Below are positions 1 to 10,013 of a DNA stretch of 64,000 nt, one piece after another. A program made the position numbers and the translations under genes. The notes below the pieces were generated by a model, which searched no databases, was not told the origin of the DNA, and saw nothing but the letters and a program-made list of their open reading frames with translations. The stretch's first letter is position 1; each line of letters opens with the position of its first letter. This DNA comes from Methanotrichaceae archaeon (GTDB lineage: Archaea; Halobacteriota; Methanosarcinia; Methanotrichales; Methanotrichaceae), in the NCBI GenBank assembly GCA_963754945.1, contig CAVWIG010000021.1, forward strand, positions 43,010-107,009, written 5' to 3'.

Positions 1-65
1 ACCACAATATTGTACAATGTTAGCTAAATTGTTTAAACGTAACAATTAAAATTTATTTTAAAATG

Positions 66-858
66 AATACCCCGCAGCTTGCTGCGGTTGGGATGGTCAG
101 GAAACCGACTTAAGGAAGATTGCATATCGTGCATATTGATGATTGAGGTAAGAAATGCAAGCCATTGTACTTATAAAATTCGATATCACATGGTTTTCAG
201 CTTAAAATATAGAAAAAAGCTGCTTCTAGATAATGATCGTATCAATTATATCAAATCTATTTGTCTGAAATCGGTGAAAGATACTGGTTCGATTTTGATG
301 CCATAGGAACCGATGGAGACCATGTTCATATTTTTGTTGGAGCTGCGCCGAGATATTCGCCTTCAAGAGTGATGCAAATAGTAAAAAGCATAACAGCGAG
401 AGCGTTTTTTAAGAAATTCCCCGAAGTAAGGAAACAGCTTTGGGGCGGCGAATTTTGGAGTGACGGAGGATACATGGGAACGGTAGGGGATGGCGTGATG
501 GCGGACACAATACGCAATTATGTTGAATCACAGGGAAGCCCTGAAGAAAAGGAAGGGCATAAACAAATGAAGTTGTTGGATTTCAGCTGATTACAAACGA
601 CACTAACACGCCCCACTGCTTGCATCGGGGATAAAGGGCATGCATATTAAACTTAGGTTTGGATCAGCCTAACCTGGTTCCACTTTCATGCGGCGGCGCC
701 TTGGATGCCCCGCAGCTTGCTGCGCGGGTGCGCCGCCGCCGTTTCACTTCGTTATTGACATCACGGCTAATGTAGATAACATATTATTTATATAAATGTG
801 CAATTAATTTTGTCGCAATACCCCAATGCTTGCATCGGGTGCACTGCCGTCGTTTGAC
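66..858. repeat. Four related GC-rich palindromes flanking tnpA (~70-93, 611-630, 690-739, 821-840)
   Basis: Cores are CCCCGCAGCTTGCTGCGG (70), CCCCACTGCTTGCATCGGGG (611), CCCCGCAGCTTGCTGCGCGGG (708) and CCCCAATGCTTGCATCGGG (821). All share a central GCTTGC. Confidence 0.8.
139..590 (+). CDS. tnpA: IS200/IS605-family Y1 (HUH) transposase TnpA, split by a 1-nt frameshift near 262
   Basis: ORFs 79-306 and 261-590 join into SHCTYKIRYHMVF...DHVHIF (HUH motif)...LWGGEFWSDGGY...IRNYVESQ (catalytic Tyr). No tnpB follows. Confidence 0.88.
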
Positions 859-1002
859 TAGGACCCCTCTCAAAAATAAAATAATATTTTAATCGATTTC
901 GATCTAATCAAAGAAATTTTTAAAAATCATAAGTAATGGAACGGCCCAACATTCCCCTTAAGTAAGAAACCTCGGGTATATTACAGAAGTAGCGGATCTT
1001 AC

Positions 1003-1812
1003 TTAAGTTATCTCTACTAAATCTGACATCTCGCGATAGTATTCGAATAGTTCCATTCCCCAAATTCTAGCTTTCTCTCCAAAACAGTTGAGGTCTGATC
1101 CGACGTCATAATTTCCATCAATCCTGAATAATCCCAGTGAAAGGTAGTTATCCGTCACAGTGAAAGCTATCCTGACATCCCGATCTATTGAATAAAGTTG
1201 GAAATTCTTGTTTTCTATTAATGGCTTGAGGAATTCTAGATAATCTCTCTTGACGATTTCCAGAATAGGCTTAGTCAGCACGAGGTTTACAGTTGCCCCG
1301 TTCTCCACAGCTTTGGTGATGACTATTGGATATTCAGGTATTATGATAGGTGAAACCCCTACTATGACCTTTGACTTGATCACCTCATTGGCCCAATATT
1401 CTTGAGTCTTGAGAATAGCGGCCAGGTCGCCTTTAAGAATTTCTGACTGGCTTAACATACCCATTTTGGCCAGAAGTTCTAAAGGTATTCCGCTTATGTC
1501 GTGGGTTAGCCAAAAATCCTTGTGTTGATCTAAGAGGACAATAGTGCTCACAAGTTCATCCACAAGCAACGCCTGAATCTTACCAATGTTAGTCAATGAA
1601 TATCCATGACGAGTCTTCTGAGCGAGGTCTTCATCGATAAGCTCCCTCATCGCATGGAGGATTGTTGATGCCCTGATGCACATGTCTTTTTCGAGTTCTC
1701 TGGCCGTCATTTCCCCTTTAGCCAGACGCAACATAATTTTCGTTCGTACTGCCGATCTCGTGAAAGCCTTTAGTCGATTTTCGGCTAGATCATAGAAATC
1801 CTGGGCTGGCAT
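1003..1812 (-). CDS. Winged-helix transcriptional regulator with DUF1724/FilR1-type C-terminal domain
   Basis: N-terminal ArsR-like HTH (RSAVRTKIML...YSLTNIG), C-terminal LGLFRIDGNYD...WGMELFEYY motif, and AGGAGG RBS upstream. Confidence 0.8.
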   Translation of the reverse strand: MPAQDFYDLAENRLKAFTRSAVRTKIMLRLAKGEMTARELEKDMCIRASTILHAMRELIDEDLAQKTRHGYSLTNIGKIQALLVDELVSTIVLLDQHKDFWLTHDISGIPLELLAKMGMLSQSEILKGDLAAILKTQEYWANEVIKSKVIVGVSPIIIPEYPIVITKAVENGATVNLVLTKPILEIVKRDYLEFLKPLIENKNFQLYSIDRDVRIAFTVTDNYLSLGLFRIDGNYDVGSDLNCFGEKARIWGMELFEYYREMSDLVEIT

Positions 1813-1823
1813 GATTTCCTCCT

Positions 1824-2235
1824 CTATTTTCTGACCGCTTCAAAGGGTCCAGATAAAGCGTTCATGTCGCTATCTTGTACGTAAATAGGTTCCTTTAAGA
1901 GTATTTGGATCGATAACGTGGCTTTCTGCAAATGTTATAATTACCTGAGGATCTTTACTTCCATTCCTCACTGATAGATAATTTGCTTTAACCTCATCAC
2001 TATTTACAGTCCCAAAAATTATACCCGAATATTTGTCTCCAGAGGATGGCTGTACTGAGAAAGAGCCCAGTAGGTTCTCGCCCACCTGCTGGATATTCGC
2101 GGTCATAACCTCCTTTGCTCCCATGAAATCGTATTGGGACTCCCAGGTTCCCGTTAAATCTGCACAGTTAGCCTGAACTAAGTAGCCTGACTGGATCAAG
2201 ATGCAAAAGATTAGCGCTGACCTTGGTATCAGCAT
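1824..2235 (-). CDS. Secreted hypothetical beta-rich protein (probable 1-nt indel near 1885)
   Basis: Signal peptide followed by DLTGTW. Removing one T gives ...KGTYYVQDSDMNALSGPFEAVRK*, which ends just before the RBS of the next gene. Confidence 0.55.
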
Positions 2236-3079
2236 TTATATCCTCCAAATATTGTGCTCGATTCGGTTATTAAGCATCATAGTACATCTCTTCTCTATTA
2301 ATAGTTAATCTCTTCAAATTTTACGAAGATTTGAGTCGCGAACTTTATTATTTGGTGATTATTACTATTTCTACAAAATATAGTTTACTAACAAATCAAT
2401 AGGTGGGCATCTCGAGGTAGCCGTAGACATGGCCATAATCCTCAGAATCGCCATCATTGACGTTCTTCTCTTTTTCAATGTAGGACCAGAGTGTTTAGGT
2501 TGAAAAATGGGGTCCCTCGACTCTCACTGAAACAATGTCCGCAGGGTGTTACAGCGAAGAAGCGTCATTATTCTTGTCATTTCCTTTCTTAGAACGATGT
2601 TCCCAGCTCCTCCTTTTCGTAATTCGGACAACCTCTGTGCCAGCACCAAATGCTGACAAATCAAGATTGAAATTGCATAACCCTCAAAGAGGAAAGAATT
2701 AAACTCAGGATATATAAATATTATCGGTAGCTACTACACTACCTTGACTATTGGGCTTTTTTGAAATCCCAATTGCAGTTTAGCCTCGCGAACTTCATGA
2801 CTGCTATATACAATTTGTTATCTAAATATAAATCTAATAATTTTCAGAGTTCTTTCCTTTTACGCGTCTTGATTTTGTACTCAAAACCTTTCTATTTATG
2901 TGACATAAAAGACTTTTTGGCTATCGTTTAAGATAGCTTTTTAGTATCTCAAATCCGTTAAGTTTATATGATGTTTTGGATCTAATCAAAATTGCTGAAT
3001 TAGGGCAAAATGTACTCAATTAAGCAAACGAATGGATAGATATGTTGGATGAGAAATTTGGCGTTCAAGAGGGAAATTT

Positions 3080-3168
3080 ATGAAAAGAAGCGGGATGTAA
3101 TCATAACACAGATATTGGGGATCTGCTCCAAAGGAGCTAACAAGACGAGGATCGTATATCAAGCAAAT
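3080..3168 (+). pseudogene. 5' fragment of a small archaeal winged-HTH (HTH_45-type) regulator truncated by IS5
   Basis: MKRS/RDVIITQILGICSKGANKTRIVYQAN is followed directly by the IS terminal repeat at 3169. The 3' half is not found on the far side of the IS. Confidence 0.7.
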
Positions 3169-3277
3169 GAGGGTTTCGATTTAGTGTTGGTTAATGAAGC
3201 CTTAAATTCTTGCGTTAATATTTTCAATCTTTATAGTGGTTTTTTAGCATATTTCACCCCTAAATTGGCTTATTAGA

Positions 3278-3395
3278 TGCTGTGTTGCGTAACTCAAGGC
3301 CATGATGCTGGCAGATGTCGATTTTGCTCATTTTACCTATCATTACTGATATGCCACGATGCATATCGGTTTTAGCAGAGTTATTCAACACAGCA
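3278..3395. mobile_element. MITE (~118 bp) nested in IS5 copy 1
   Basis: TIRs TGCTGTGTTGCGTAACTC / GAGTTATTCAACACAGCA. Flanking direct repeat TATTAGA (3271-3277 and 3396-3402). Absent from IS5 copies 2 and 3, which show the empty site. Confidence 0.9.
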
Positions 3396-3454
3396 TATTA
3401 GATTTCAATTTACCTTGTTGTTTCTAATTTTTGCGCTTTTTTAGAGAGCTTCCG

Positions 3455-4516
3455 CTAGGCTGTTTGTTTATGCACTAAATATTTCAACTGTTCCAGGTTG
3501 TAAACGACCGAATTCATCATGAATTTTACTCCAGCTCTTGCGACAGTTGTTACATAAACATGTGCTCCCTTATGCCCCCGCTTCATAACAGCGAAGCATC
3601 TTTCGATGTGCGATCGCGTTTTACTGATTCTCTTATTCCTCAGAAGATCTATGATTCCAAGCTTGTGACCTCTTGTAGCTTTTTTCATGGCTGCATCATA
3701 TCCTCGAGTTTTTGCACCATCATATCCCTTATCGGCGTAACGTGGTAGCCCTTCAATTCCAAGATCTACCTGACTATCGTGTACAGAAGCAGTTGTAGTC
3801 TCAAAATATCTGATAAGGTGGTAATTGGTATCGATTGAGATATGACCTTTATATCCGAAAAAGGATTTGACACCCTTTTTTGCCCAACTTCCCTCATTTA
3901 TTGGCTCTTCTTCGAGTCTCTGTGGTTTGGCCTTGTCATCAATAATATTATTTGAAATACCAATTAGCTCTTTATCAAACTCCTGATTCAGGCTCGTACT
4001 GGTGGCTTCGGAATCTTGACCTTCCTTTTTGTCCCCGCCTTGCTCGTCTTTCTTGTTCCTCTTCCGACCTGGGTCCGAAGTTATGAAGGTTGCATCCTGG
4101 ATAGTGCCATTCTTTACAGTAAACCCCATCTCATCGAGCTGCCTTTGAAGCTCATTCCAAAGATCATCGTATACGTCGCACTTAATCAAACGTTCACGGA
4201 ATAGCCAAACTGTGCTGAAATCAGGAATTACTTCAGTGGTGCCAAGGAAAATACGAAAAGAGATCCTATCCGCAACCTGTCGCTCCAGTTCTGGATCTGT
4301 TAGACCAAACCAATGCTGAATTACGAGAGCTTTCACCATAATCACGATGTCAATGTTCGGACGACCTCCGCGGCTAGTTTTATTTTTGTATATCAATGGT
4401 TCCAAAAATCTGAAACGCTCCCAATTGATCAACGATCCGATCTCGGATAGATCATCTCCGAGGGCTTTTACTCGAGCATATTCTGCTCGAATGGCAAAAT
4501 CAATGAGAGTCCTCAT
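3455..4516 (-). CDS. IS5-family DDE transposase
   Basis: GGRP...LTDPELE...PDFSTVWLFRERL, QDAT, FGYKGH, HDS, ADKGYDG and RSHIERCF motifs. Confidence 0.95.
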   Translation of the reverse strand: MRTLIDFAIRAEYARVKALGDDLSEIGSLINWERFRFLEPLIYKNKTSRGGRPNIDIVIMVKALVIQHWFGLTDPELERQVADRISFRIFLGTTEVIPDFSTVWLFRERLIKCDVYDDLWNELQRQLDEMGFTVKNGTIQDATFITSDPGRKRNKKDEQGGDKKEGQDSEATSTSLNQEFDKELIGISNNIIDDKAKPQRLEEEPINEGSWAKKGVKSFFGYKGHISIDTNYHLIRYFETTTASVHDSQVDLGIEGLPRYADKGYDGAKTRGYDAAMKKATRGHKLGIIDLLRNKRISKTRSHIERCFAVMKRGHKGAHVYVTTVARAGVKFMMNSVVYNLEQLKYLVHKQTA

Positions 4517-4683
4517 GCATTATATTATAGTATTAATAGTATATAAGTATTTCGATTGATTAGTTTTTCGAAACTCTCATATATTTAGCCCTAACTCTAT
4601 CCAAACCAACAATAGCGAAATACGTAAGAGAATTTAATAACCTACTCCCCCCATAAGATGTAACGCTAATTAACACCCCTCAT

Positions 4684-5688
4684 TTATGACTTCATACAGA
4701 CAAAGATATGCCTTGTAAGGCTCCTGTGAACACGATCTGTATGAATTTCTCTCACAGCGAAATTTGCTCTGGTTATGTGCTCCTCTATATGCCTCTCAGC
4801 AACAACCACTATTCGTCTCCCTGGCTTCAAAACCCTGTGGAGTTCGGCTAGTCCTTTGTCCAGGAGTTCCTCCTTGGACTCTGCCCTTATGAGGGCTGAT
4901 CTGCCGTAGGGTGTGTCAAGGACAGCATTATCAACTGAGCAGTCCCTGAAAGGCAAACGTCTGGCATCGCCTGCTATCATAGTGCAATCCAGCCCTTCCA
5001 GGTTAACCCTGGCTCCTCGAACCAGCTTCTTTTGAACATCTACTCCTACGCACTTTATGCCGACTAGACAGGCCTCGACTAGTATCCCACCGGTGCCCGA
5101 GAAGGGATCTAATAGCAGATCGCTCTCCTTTGCCTGGGAGATGTTGACCAACGCCCTAGCCATCCTCGGCATCAACACGCCTGGGTAGAAGAACGCCTTG
5201 AGGTGAGGCCGCCGGTCTTCAAATTCACACCGTTTTGCCCGAGTCACCTCAATGCCCAGGACGACTTTGTTGCCTGTTATAACGGCTCGCAACTCAACTT
5301 CTGGTTTGGTGAGATCTGCTTTGTATCCCCTCTTGTAAAGAGCTCGACCGACCACTCTCTCCACTTGATCGGTTTGTAAAGGCGCATTTTTGACATTCCT
5401 GGCCCTGACGCTATAGGCCTTATCGGGAATCACAATGCTCTCTGCCGCATTAGCCAGTGAATCCAGGCTGGCATCGCAGATTGCCAAGACCTCTATTATC
5501 CTATGGGTCATGGCAAGCCGCAAGCCCAGGGTCTGAGCATCCAGATCTTCTGCTTCCACTACCAGGCACTGGTCCAGGAGACACAGTTCTCTGGAGCCAC
5601 TGGAGTAGATCTCGAGAAGAGCTAGAGCTTCGCTTCGGGGTAGGGTATCGTGCTCCCCGGAGAGCTCGAAGGCGTAGGTGCGAGCCAT
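4684..5688 (-). CDS. tRNA (guanine(10)-N2)-methyltransferase, THUMP + SAM-dependent MTase (Trm11/TrmG10)
   Basis: FELSGEH N-terminus, RRPHLKAFFYPGVLMPRMARALVN, LDPFSGTGG, DTPYGRS and RVHRSLTRHI. An alternative TTG start at 5706 overlaps the upstream stop. Confidence 0.88.
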   Translation of the reverse strand: MARTYAFELSGEHDTLPRSEALALLEIYSSGSRELCLLDQCLVVEAEDLDAQTLGLRLAMTHRIIEVLAICDASLDSLANAAESIVIPDKAYSVRARNVKNAPLQTDQVERVVGRALYKRGYKADLTKPEVELRAVITGNKVVLGIEVTRAKRCEFEDRRPHLKAFFYPGVLMPRMARALVNISQAKESDLLLDPFSGTGGILVEACLVGIKCVGVDVQKKLVRGARVNLEGLDCTMIAGDARRLPFRDCSVDNAVLDTPYGRSALIRAESKEELLDKGLAELHRVLKPGRRIVVVAERHIEEHITRANFAVREIHTDRVHRSLTRHIFVCMKS

Positions 5689-5702
5689 GTCCAGGCTTGA
5701 TA

Positions 5703-6788
5703 TCAATCCAGGTAGCTGTTCACATCTCTGTAGTTGAAGCCCTCGGAACCCAGGACGTTCTCCATGAAGTTGAAGAGCGTTCTTCTGACATCATCGGCGA
5801 GCAGGGGATACCAGGTGGGGCTGGCCACAACCATGGCCCTGAAGGCGAAGAACGGGGCTATGACCTCTAAGAGAGCGTCGTCTCCTGTTTTCTCCAGGTA
5901 CCTATCAAAGAATAGCTCGAATAGATCTTTCAAGTCGCCGGAGAGACGGAAGCTCTTCTGGACAGAGTAGAAGATGTAGTTCATGGCCATGGCAGTTATA
6001 TCGTCTGCCGCCTCGCCCCACTCGCCTCTAGACCTGTCCAGGACTGTGAAATCGGTACCCTCGCGGAACATGATGTTCCAGGGGTGAAAGTCGCCATGAA
6101 CCTGACAGAGCCGATCAGTCCTACTCCTAAGCTTCCAGCGCCACTCCACGCAGAGCTTCTCTACATCGCATAGCTCGCCAGGATCGAGAAAGGCAGGGTT
6201 TTCAGGGTAGTCGTCCAGGATCCCGAAGATGCACTCGCCATCCCCGACGATCTCCCGGATCTTGCGCAGATAGAGGGGCGCACAGTCCCTCTTGACTGAG
6301 TGGATATCTGCCAGGTAATCGGCGAGGGCAGTGACCCTTTGGTAGTCCAGATCTGTCGCACCCTTCTCTTTGACCCTCTCCAGGTCGAAGAAGTACTCCT
6401 TTCCCTCAACTTTCTCCATCATGAGGAAGTACTCTTTGGCCTCCCCCGAGGAGACCAGCCGCCCATCCTCAGTAAAGTAGCCGACGTCCAGAGACGGCAC
6501 GTGCTTAGGCAGCTTGCCAAAGGTCGCGTTCTGCCAGATCAAAATCCTGGCACGATCTGAGAAGTGGTCGTGGCCGAAGCCGTGCTGGACCCGCATAGTG
6601 GAGAGCACCGCAGAGCCGTTTTTTCCTCCGGAGACGTACTCCACAAGCAGAGGGGCACCGTACCCGAAGCCTTTGACGTCCTCAGTTGTTGGTATTGTCT
6701 CGCCCATTCTGCGCAGGCTTTGCAGCTCGAGGTCCTGGTCTATAAGGTCGCGCAGATAGGCCTCAATGTTCTCCCGTTTGAGATCCAT
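5703..6788 (-). CDS. APH/choline-kinase-fold phosphotransferase of unknown substrate
   Basis: Brenner motif VHGDFHPWNI followed by VLDRSRGEWG. Confidence 0.8.
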   Translation of the reverse strand: MDLKRENIEAYLRDLIDQDLELQSLRRMGETIPTTEDVKGFGYGAPLLVEYVSGGKNGSAVLSTMRVQHGFGHDHFSDRARILIWQNATFGKLPKHVPSLDVGYFTEDGRLVSSGEAKEYFLMMEKVEGKEYFFDLERVKEKGATDLDYQRVTALADYLADIHSVKRDCAPLYLRKIREIVGDGECIFGILDDYPENPAFLDPGELCDVEKLCVEWRWKLRSRTDRLCQVHGDFHPWNIMFREGTDFTVLDRSRGEWGEAADDITAMAMNYIFYSVQKSFRLSGDLKDLFELFFDRYLEKTGDDALLEVIAPFFAFRAMVVASPTWYPLLADDVRRTLFNFMENVLGSEGFNYRDVNSYLD

Positions 6789-6805
6789 TTTTTCACCTCA
6801 GCGGT

Positions 6806-8062
6806 TCAGGTTCCCGTCTGCCAGCTGTGCAGATACTTGTCCTGCTCTGGCGTCAACTTCTCGGTCTTCAGGCCCATGGAGGCCAGTTTGAGCTCAGCCA
6901 CTCTTCGGTCGATCTCCACAGGAACTGCGTATACTTTTTTCTCCAGGCTTCGCCCGTGCTCCACGATGTAGCGCACGGCCAACGCCTGATTGGCGAAGGA
7001 CATATCCATGACCTCTGGAGGGTGGCCGTAGGCTGCAGCCAGATTGATAAGTCGGCCCTCTGCCAGGAGGTACAGCCTCCTTCCGTCTTTGAGCCTGTAC
7101 TCGGCCACGTTGTTCTGAATATCGGTCTTCGCAACCGCCATCTTCTCAAGGGCTGGGATATCGATCTCAACGTTGAAGTGGCCGCTGTTGGCGAGGATTG
7201 CCTGGTCCTTCATCAGCTCGAAGTGTTCCTTCCGGATGACGTTAATGTCGCCCGTTAGGGTCACGAAGAGGTCTCCCAGCGGAGCAGCCTCAAGCATGGG
7301 CATGACTCGGTAGCCGTCCATGGCCGCTTCCAGGGCTTTGCGCGGCTCGATCTCCACTACTATGACGTTTGCCCCAAGCCCCTTGGCCCTCATGGCAAAG
7401 CCGCGGCCACACCAGCCGTAGCCGCCAACGACGACGTTCTTTCCGGCGAAGAGGAAGTTGGTCGCGTTCATTATGCCGTGCAGTGTGCTCTGGCCTGTGC
7501 CGTACCTGTTGTCGAACATCATCTTTGTCTCGGCGTCGTTTACGGCTATGACGGGATAGAGCAGGGCGTTGTCAGCAGCCATGGCCCGAAGTCTCACGAC
7601 TCCCGTAGTCGTCTCCTCGCAGCCGCCGAACATCTGCGCAGCAAGCTCAGGATGCTCCTTGTGGACTATAGCTATGGTGTCCGCTCCGTCATCCAGGGTG
7701 ACGTTGGGCTTGATTTCCAGGGCTTTCTTGATGCAGTCGTAGTACTCCTTATCGTTCTCTCCCCGGAAGGCATAGACATGCAGCCCGCGGGCTGCCAGGG
7801 CAGCAGCCACTTCATCCTGGGTGGAGAGGGGGTTTGAGCCGGTGACGGCGATCTCCGCCCCGCCTGCCACGAGGGTTGTGATCAGGTTTGCTGTCTCGAC
7901 TGTGACGTGCAGGCAGGCCACAATCCTTGCGCCTTTCAGCGGCTTTTCCTTTTCGAACTCTGCTTTGATGCTCTCCAGGACGGGCATGTGACGCCTGGCC
8001 CACTCGATCCTCTTCTCGCCGGCTTCCGCCAACGCTGGATCTTTGACGACGCTCTTTTGCAT
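6806..8062 (-). CDS. ahcY: Adenosylhomocysteinase
   Basis: [54 protein letters not shown] and [19 protein letters not shown] at 8062 has a GGTGA RBS. Confidence 0.97.
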   Translation of the reverse strand: MQKSVVKDPALAEAGEKRIEWARRHMPVLESIKAEFEKEKPLKGARIVACLHVTVETANLITTLVAGGAEIAVTGSNPLSTQDEVAAALAARGLHVYAFRGENDKEYYDCIKKALEIKPNVTLDDGADTIAIVHKEHPELAAQMFGGCEETTTGVVRLRAMAADNALLYPVIAVNDAETKMMFDNRYGTGQSTLHGIMNATNFLFAGKNVVVGGYGWCGRGFAMRAKGLGANVIVVEIEPRKALEAAMDGYRVMPMLEAAPLGDLFVTLTGDINVIRKEHFELMKDQAILANSGHFNVEIDIPALEKMAVAKTDIQNNVAEYRLKDGRRLYLLAEGRLINLAAAYGHPPEVMDMSFANQALAVRYIVEHGRSLEKKVYAVPVEIDRRVAELKLASMGLKTEKLTPEQDKYLHSWQTGT

Positions 8063-8168
8063 TAAATCACCTTGAAATTTATTGATGGGGTTCTTGGCAT
8101 ACCAGACCATTTTTAGCTACTTAACCCAACCGGTCAGCATATTATGTCCTACGTGTTAAGTCCCAGAC

Positions 8169-8906
8169 ATGAGCATAAAGGTCACGCTTCTCGGCACGGG
8201 CGTCGGCATTCCCCAGCCGGGTCGATCCCAGTCTGCAATCCTCGTCGAGACAGAAAGGCCGCTACTCCTGGACTGCGGAGCAGGAACGCTCCTGAGGCTG
8301 GATCAGGCGGGCATAGACATCGAGAACCTGGACGTCGTCCTGCTGACCCACCTTCACCTCGACCACGTCTCAGATCTGCTTGCTCTGGCCAATGCCCGCT
8401 ACCTACGGCGGCTTCCTGGATTGGAGGTCTACGGGCCAGTCGGGACGGCGGCATGGCTTGAAACTCTGCACCGCGCCTTTCCCTACCTGGAGAAGATGGA
8501 GGTGATGGCGCATGAAGTGCGGCCCATGGATGACTTCTCCGTACAGGGATTCGATATCTTTGCTGAGGAGGCAAAGCACAGCGTCACCGCTCTTGCCTAC
8601 AGGATCGAGGCTGAGGAGAAAGTCCTGGTCTATTCGGGCGACACCGAACCCTCGCAGCGCGTGGCTACATTGGCGGATGGGGCGGATCTGCTGATCCACG
8701 AGTGCTCTTTCCCTGAGCCATTCGATGTGACGAACCACACGACGCCCAAAAAGCTGGGCAGGATGCTTAAAAACGTCGGGCGCGTGGTGCTCACTCATTT
8801 CTATCCCCAGGCGGAAGGATGCGAAGAGGATATGGCGCTGGAGGTGAGCGAGCTGTCCGGAGCGCCAGTGTTGGCTGGATGGGATATGATGACGATGATT
8901 CTTTAA
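8169..8906 (+). CDS. MBL-fold metallohydrolase (RNase Z/ElaC-like)
   Basis: LLGTG, DCGAG, THLHLDH, YSGDT, LIHEC and LTHFYP motifs. Confidence 0.85.
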   Translation: MSIKVTLLGTGVGIPQPGRSQSAILVETERPLLLDCGAGTLLRLDQAGIDIENLDVVLLTHLHLDHVSDLLALANARYLRRLPGLEVYGPVGTAAWLETLHRAFPYLEKMEVMAHEVRPMDDFSVQGFDIFAEEAKHSVTALAYRIEAEEKVLVYSGDTEPSQRVATLADGADLLIHECSFPEPFDVTNHTTPKKLGRMLKNVGRVVLTHFYPQAEGCEEDMALEVSELSGAPVLAGWDMMTMIL

Positions 8907-8966
8907 GCCCCAAGAGCTCTGTATCTTCGATGAAAATTACACGCTCAAGACTTCTGAAGGGCACCA

Positions 8967-9839
8967 CTACGATTGTTCGAGGTTATCAATTTTCCCGAAG
9001 GTAGCGATTCGCTTCCAAACGTCCTCTGGTTGCTCTTCTGGGGCAAAATGGCCGCTATCAGGTATTATGGAACTTTGCACGTTTTTAATGCCTGATTCCT
9101 TGAAACCACCAACATACTGCTCTATGTTGCCTCCTTCGCGTTCGCCACGCAGGTAAAGGAGTGGCGTTTCGATCTGTATTCCACGGGCGATGTTCTCCCT
9201 GTTGTATTTAGCATCCTGTCCGAAAGCTCGATACCAATTGAAACCTGTGCTTAGTGCAGACGGCGTAGAATAAGCCTGAACGTAGCTATTGCGTAGATCG
9301 CCAGTGATTCTTTCGGGGTGTGTGGAAATTGCGTTATAGAAGTAATCAAAGTATGGACGTTCCTTGCCTGTTACAATTATTTCAGGCAAATCCTGGATAG
9401 CATGGAATCCAAAGTGCCATATATAAGGATTGCGAATTACATCTTCCCATGGTTTGACACCAGGGACAGCGACATTCATAATAACCGCCCCATTAAGTTC
9501 GTTAGAGTAGCGATGGAGATACGAATAAACAATTTGACCACCAACATCATGGCCAACTAGCGTGAGATGCTTGAGTCCCATTTTCTCCACGAATTCATGA
9601 ATAAAGTCTGCTATATCGCGCTTGGTACTTGGAGCATTTCTCATTTTAGAATTACCTATGCCAGGGAGATCCACCGCAAGGGCATAAACGTGCTCATCTG
9701 CAAGCTTTAAGACACTCTCGAACGCACGCCAATTTTCTGGCCAGCCATGGAGAAATAACACTGCAGAGTTTTGGGGAAGGCCAGCTTCAACCACATGCAT
9801 ACTTCCATTGCTAACGGTTATTTCAGTGTGTTTTAACAT
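8967..9839 (-). CDS. Alpha/beta hydrolase (epoxide hydrolase/haloacetate dehalogenase-like)
   Basis: LHGWPE, GHDVGG nucleophile elbow, WHFGFH, NWYRA and GHFAPEEQP. Confidence 0.88.
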   Translation of the reverse strand: MLKHTEITVSNGSMHVVEAGLPQNSAVLFLHGWPENWRAFESVLKLADEHVYALAVDLPGIGNSKMRNAPSTKRDIADFIHEFVEKMGLKHLTLVGHDVGGQIVYSYLHRYSNELNGAVIMNVAVPGVKPWEDVIRNPYIWHFGFHAIQDLPEIIVTGKERPYFDYFYNAISTHPERITGDLRNSYVQAYSTPSALSTGFNWYRAFGQDAKYNRENIARGIQIETPLLYLRGEREGGNIEQYVGGFKESGIKNVQSSIIPDSGHFAPEEQPEDVWKRIATFGKIDNLEQS

Positions 9840-9955
9840 AATATTTTCTCTTTTTATGGAAACATTAAGGAAATCATCGACCCTGTTTCAACTGTCTACA
9901 AGCGATTTAATGCCGGAATAGGAGATCCTGGTGCACATTTGCACCATCAAGGCCA

Positions 9956-9986
9956 GTGGGGAAGCAGAAACTTGCTTCCACCTTTT
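9956..9986. terminator. Hairpin downstream of the cfb operon
   Basis: GGAAGCA...TGCTTCC inverted repeat next to a T/A run, ~30 nt past the stop at 10014. Confidence 0.4.
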
Positions 9987-10013
9987 ACTAAATCTCCTTA
10001 GTTATGAAAACTC

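Larger units (their letters stand above)
3169..4578 (-). mobile_element. IS5-family insertion sequence, copy 1 (1410 bp, contains a 125-bp nested insertion)
   Basis: Terminal inverted repeats GAGGGTTTCGA / TCGAAACTCTC. Sequence matches the copies at 44325 and 60221. Confidence 0.93.

Noticed and set aside
66-858. CRISPR array
   Set aside because: Repeats are degenerate, irregularly spaced and interrupted by tnpA, and no cas genes are present.
590-1000. tnpB or omega-RNA system after tnpA
   Set aside because: No TnpB/IscB ORF or remnant is recognisable in any frame.
3049-3276. 75-aa ORF taken as an intact gene
   Set aside because: It is a chimera of an HTH fragment and IS5 terminal sequence.
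5703-6788. Aminoglycoside resistance gene
   Set aside because: Only the fold motif is shared. The housekeeping context and native composition argue against a resistance role.
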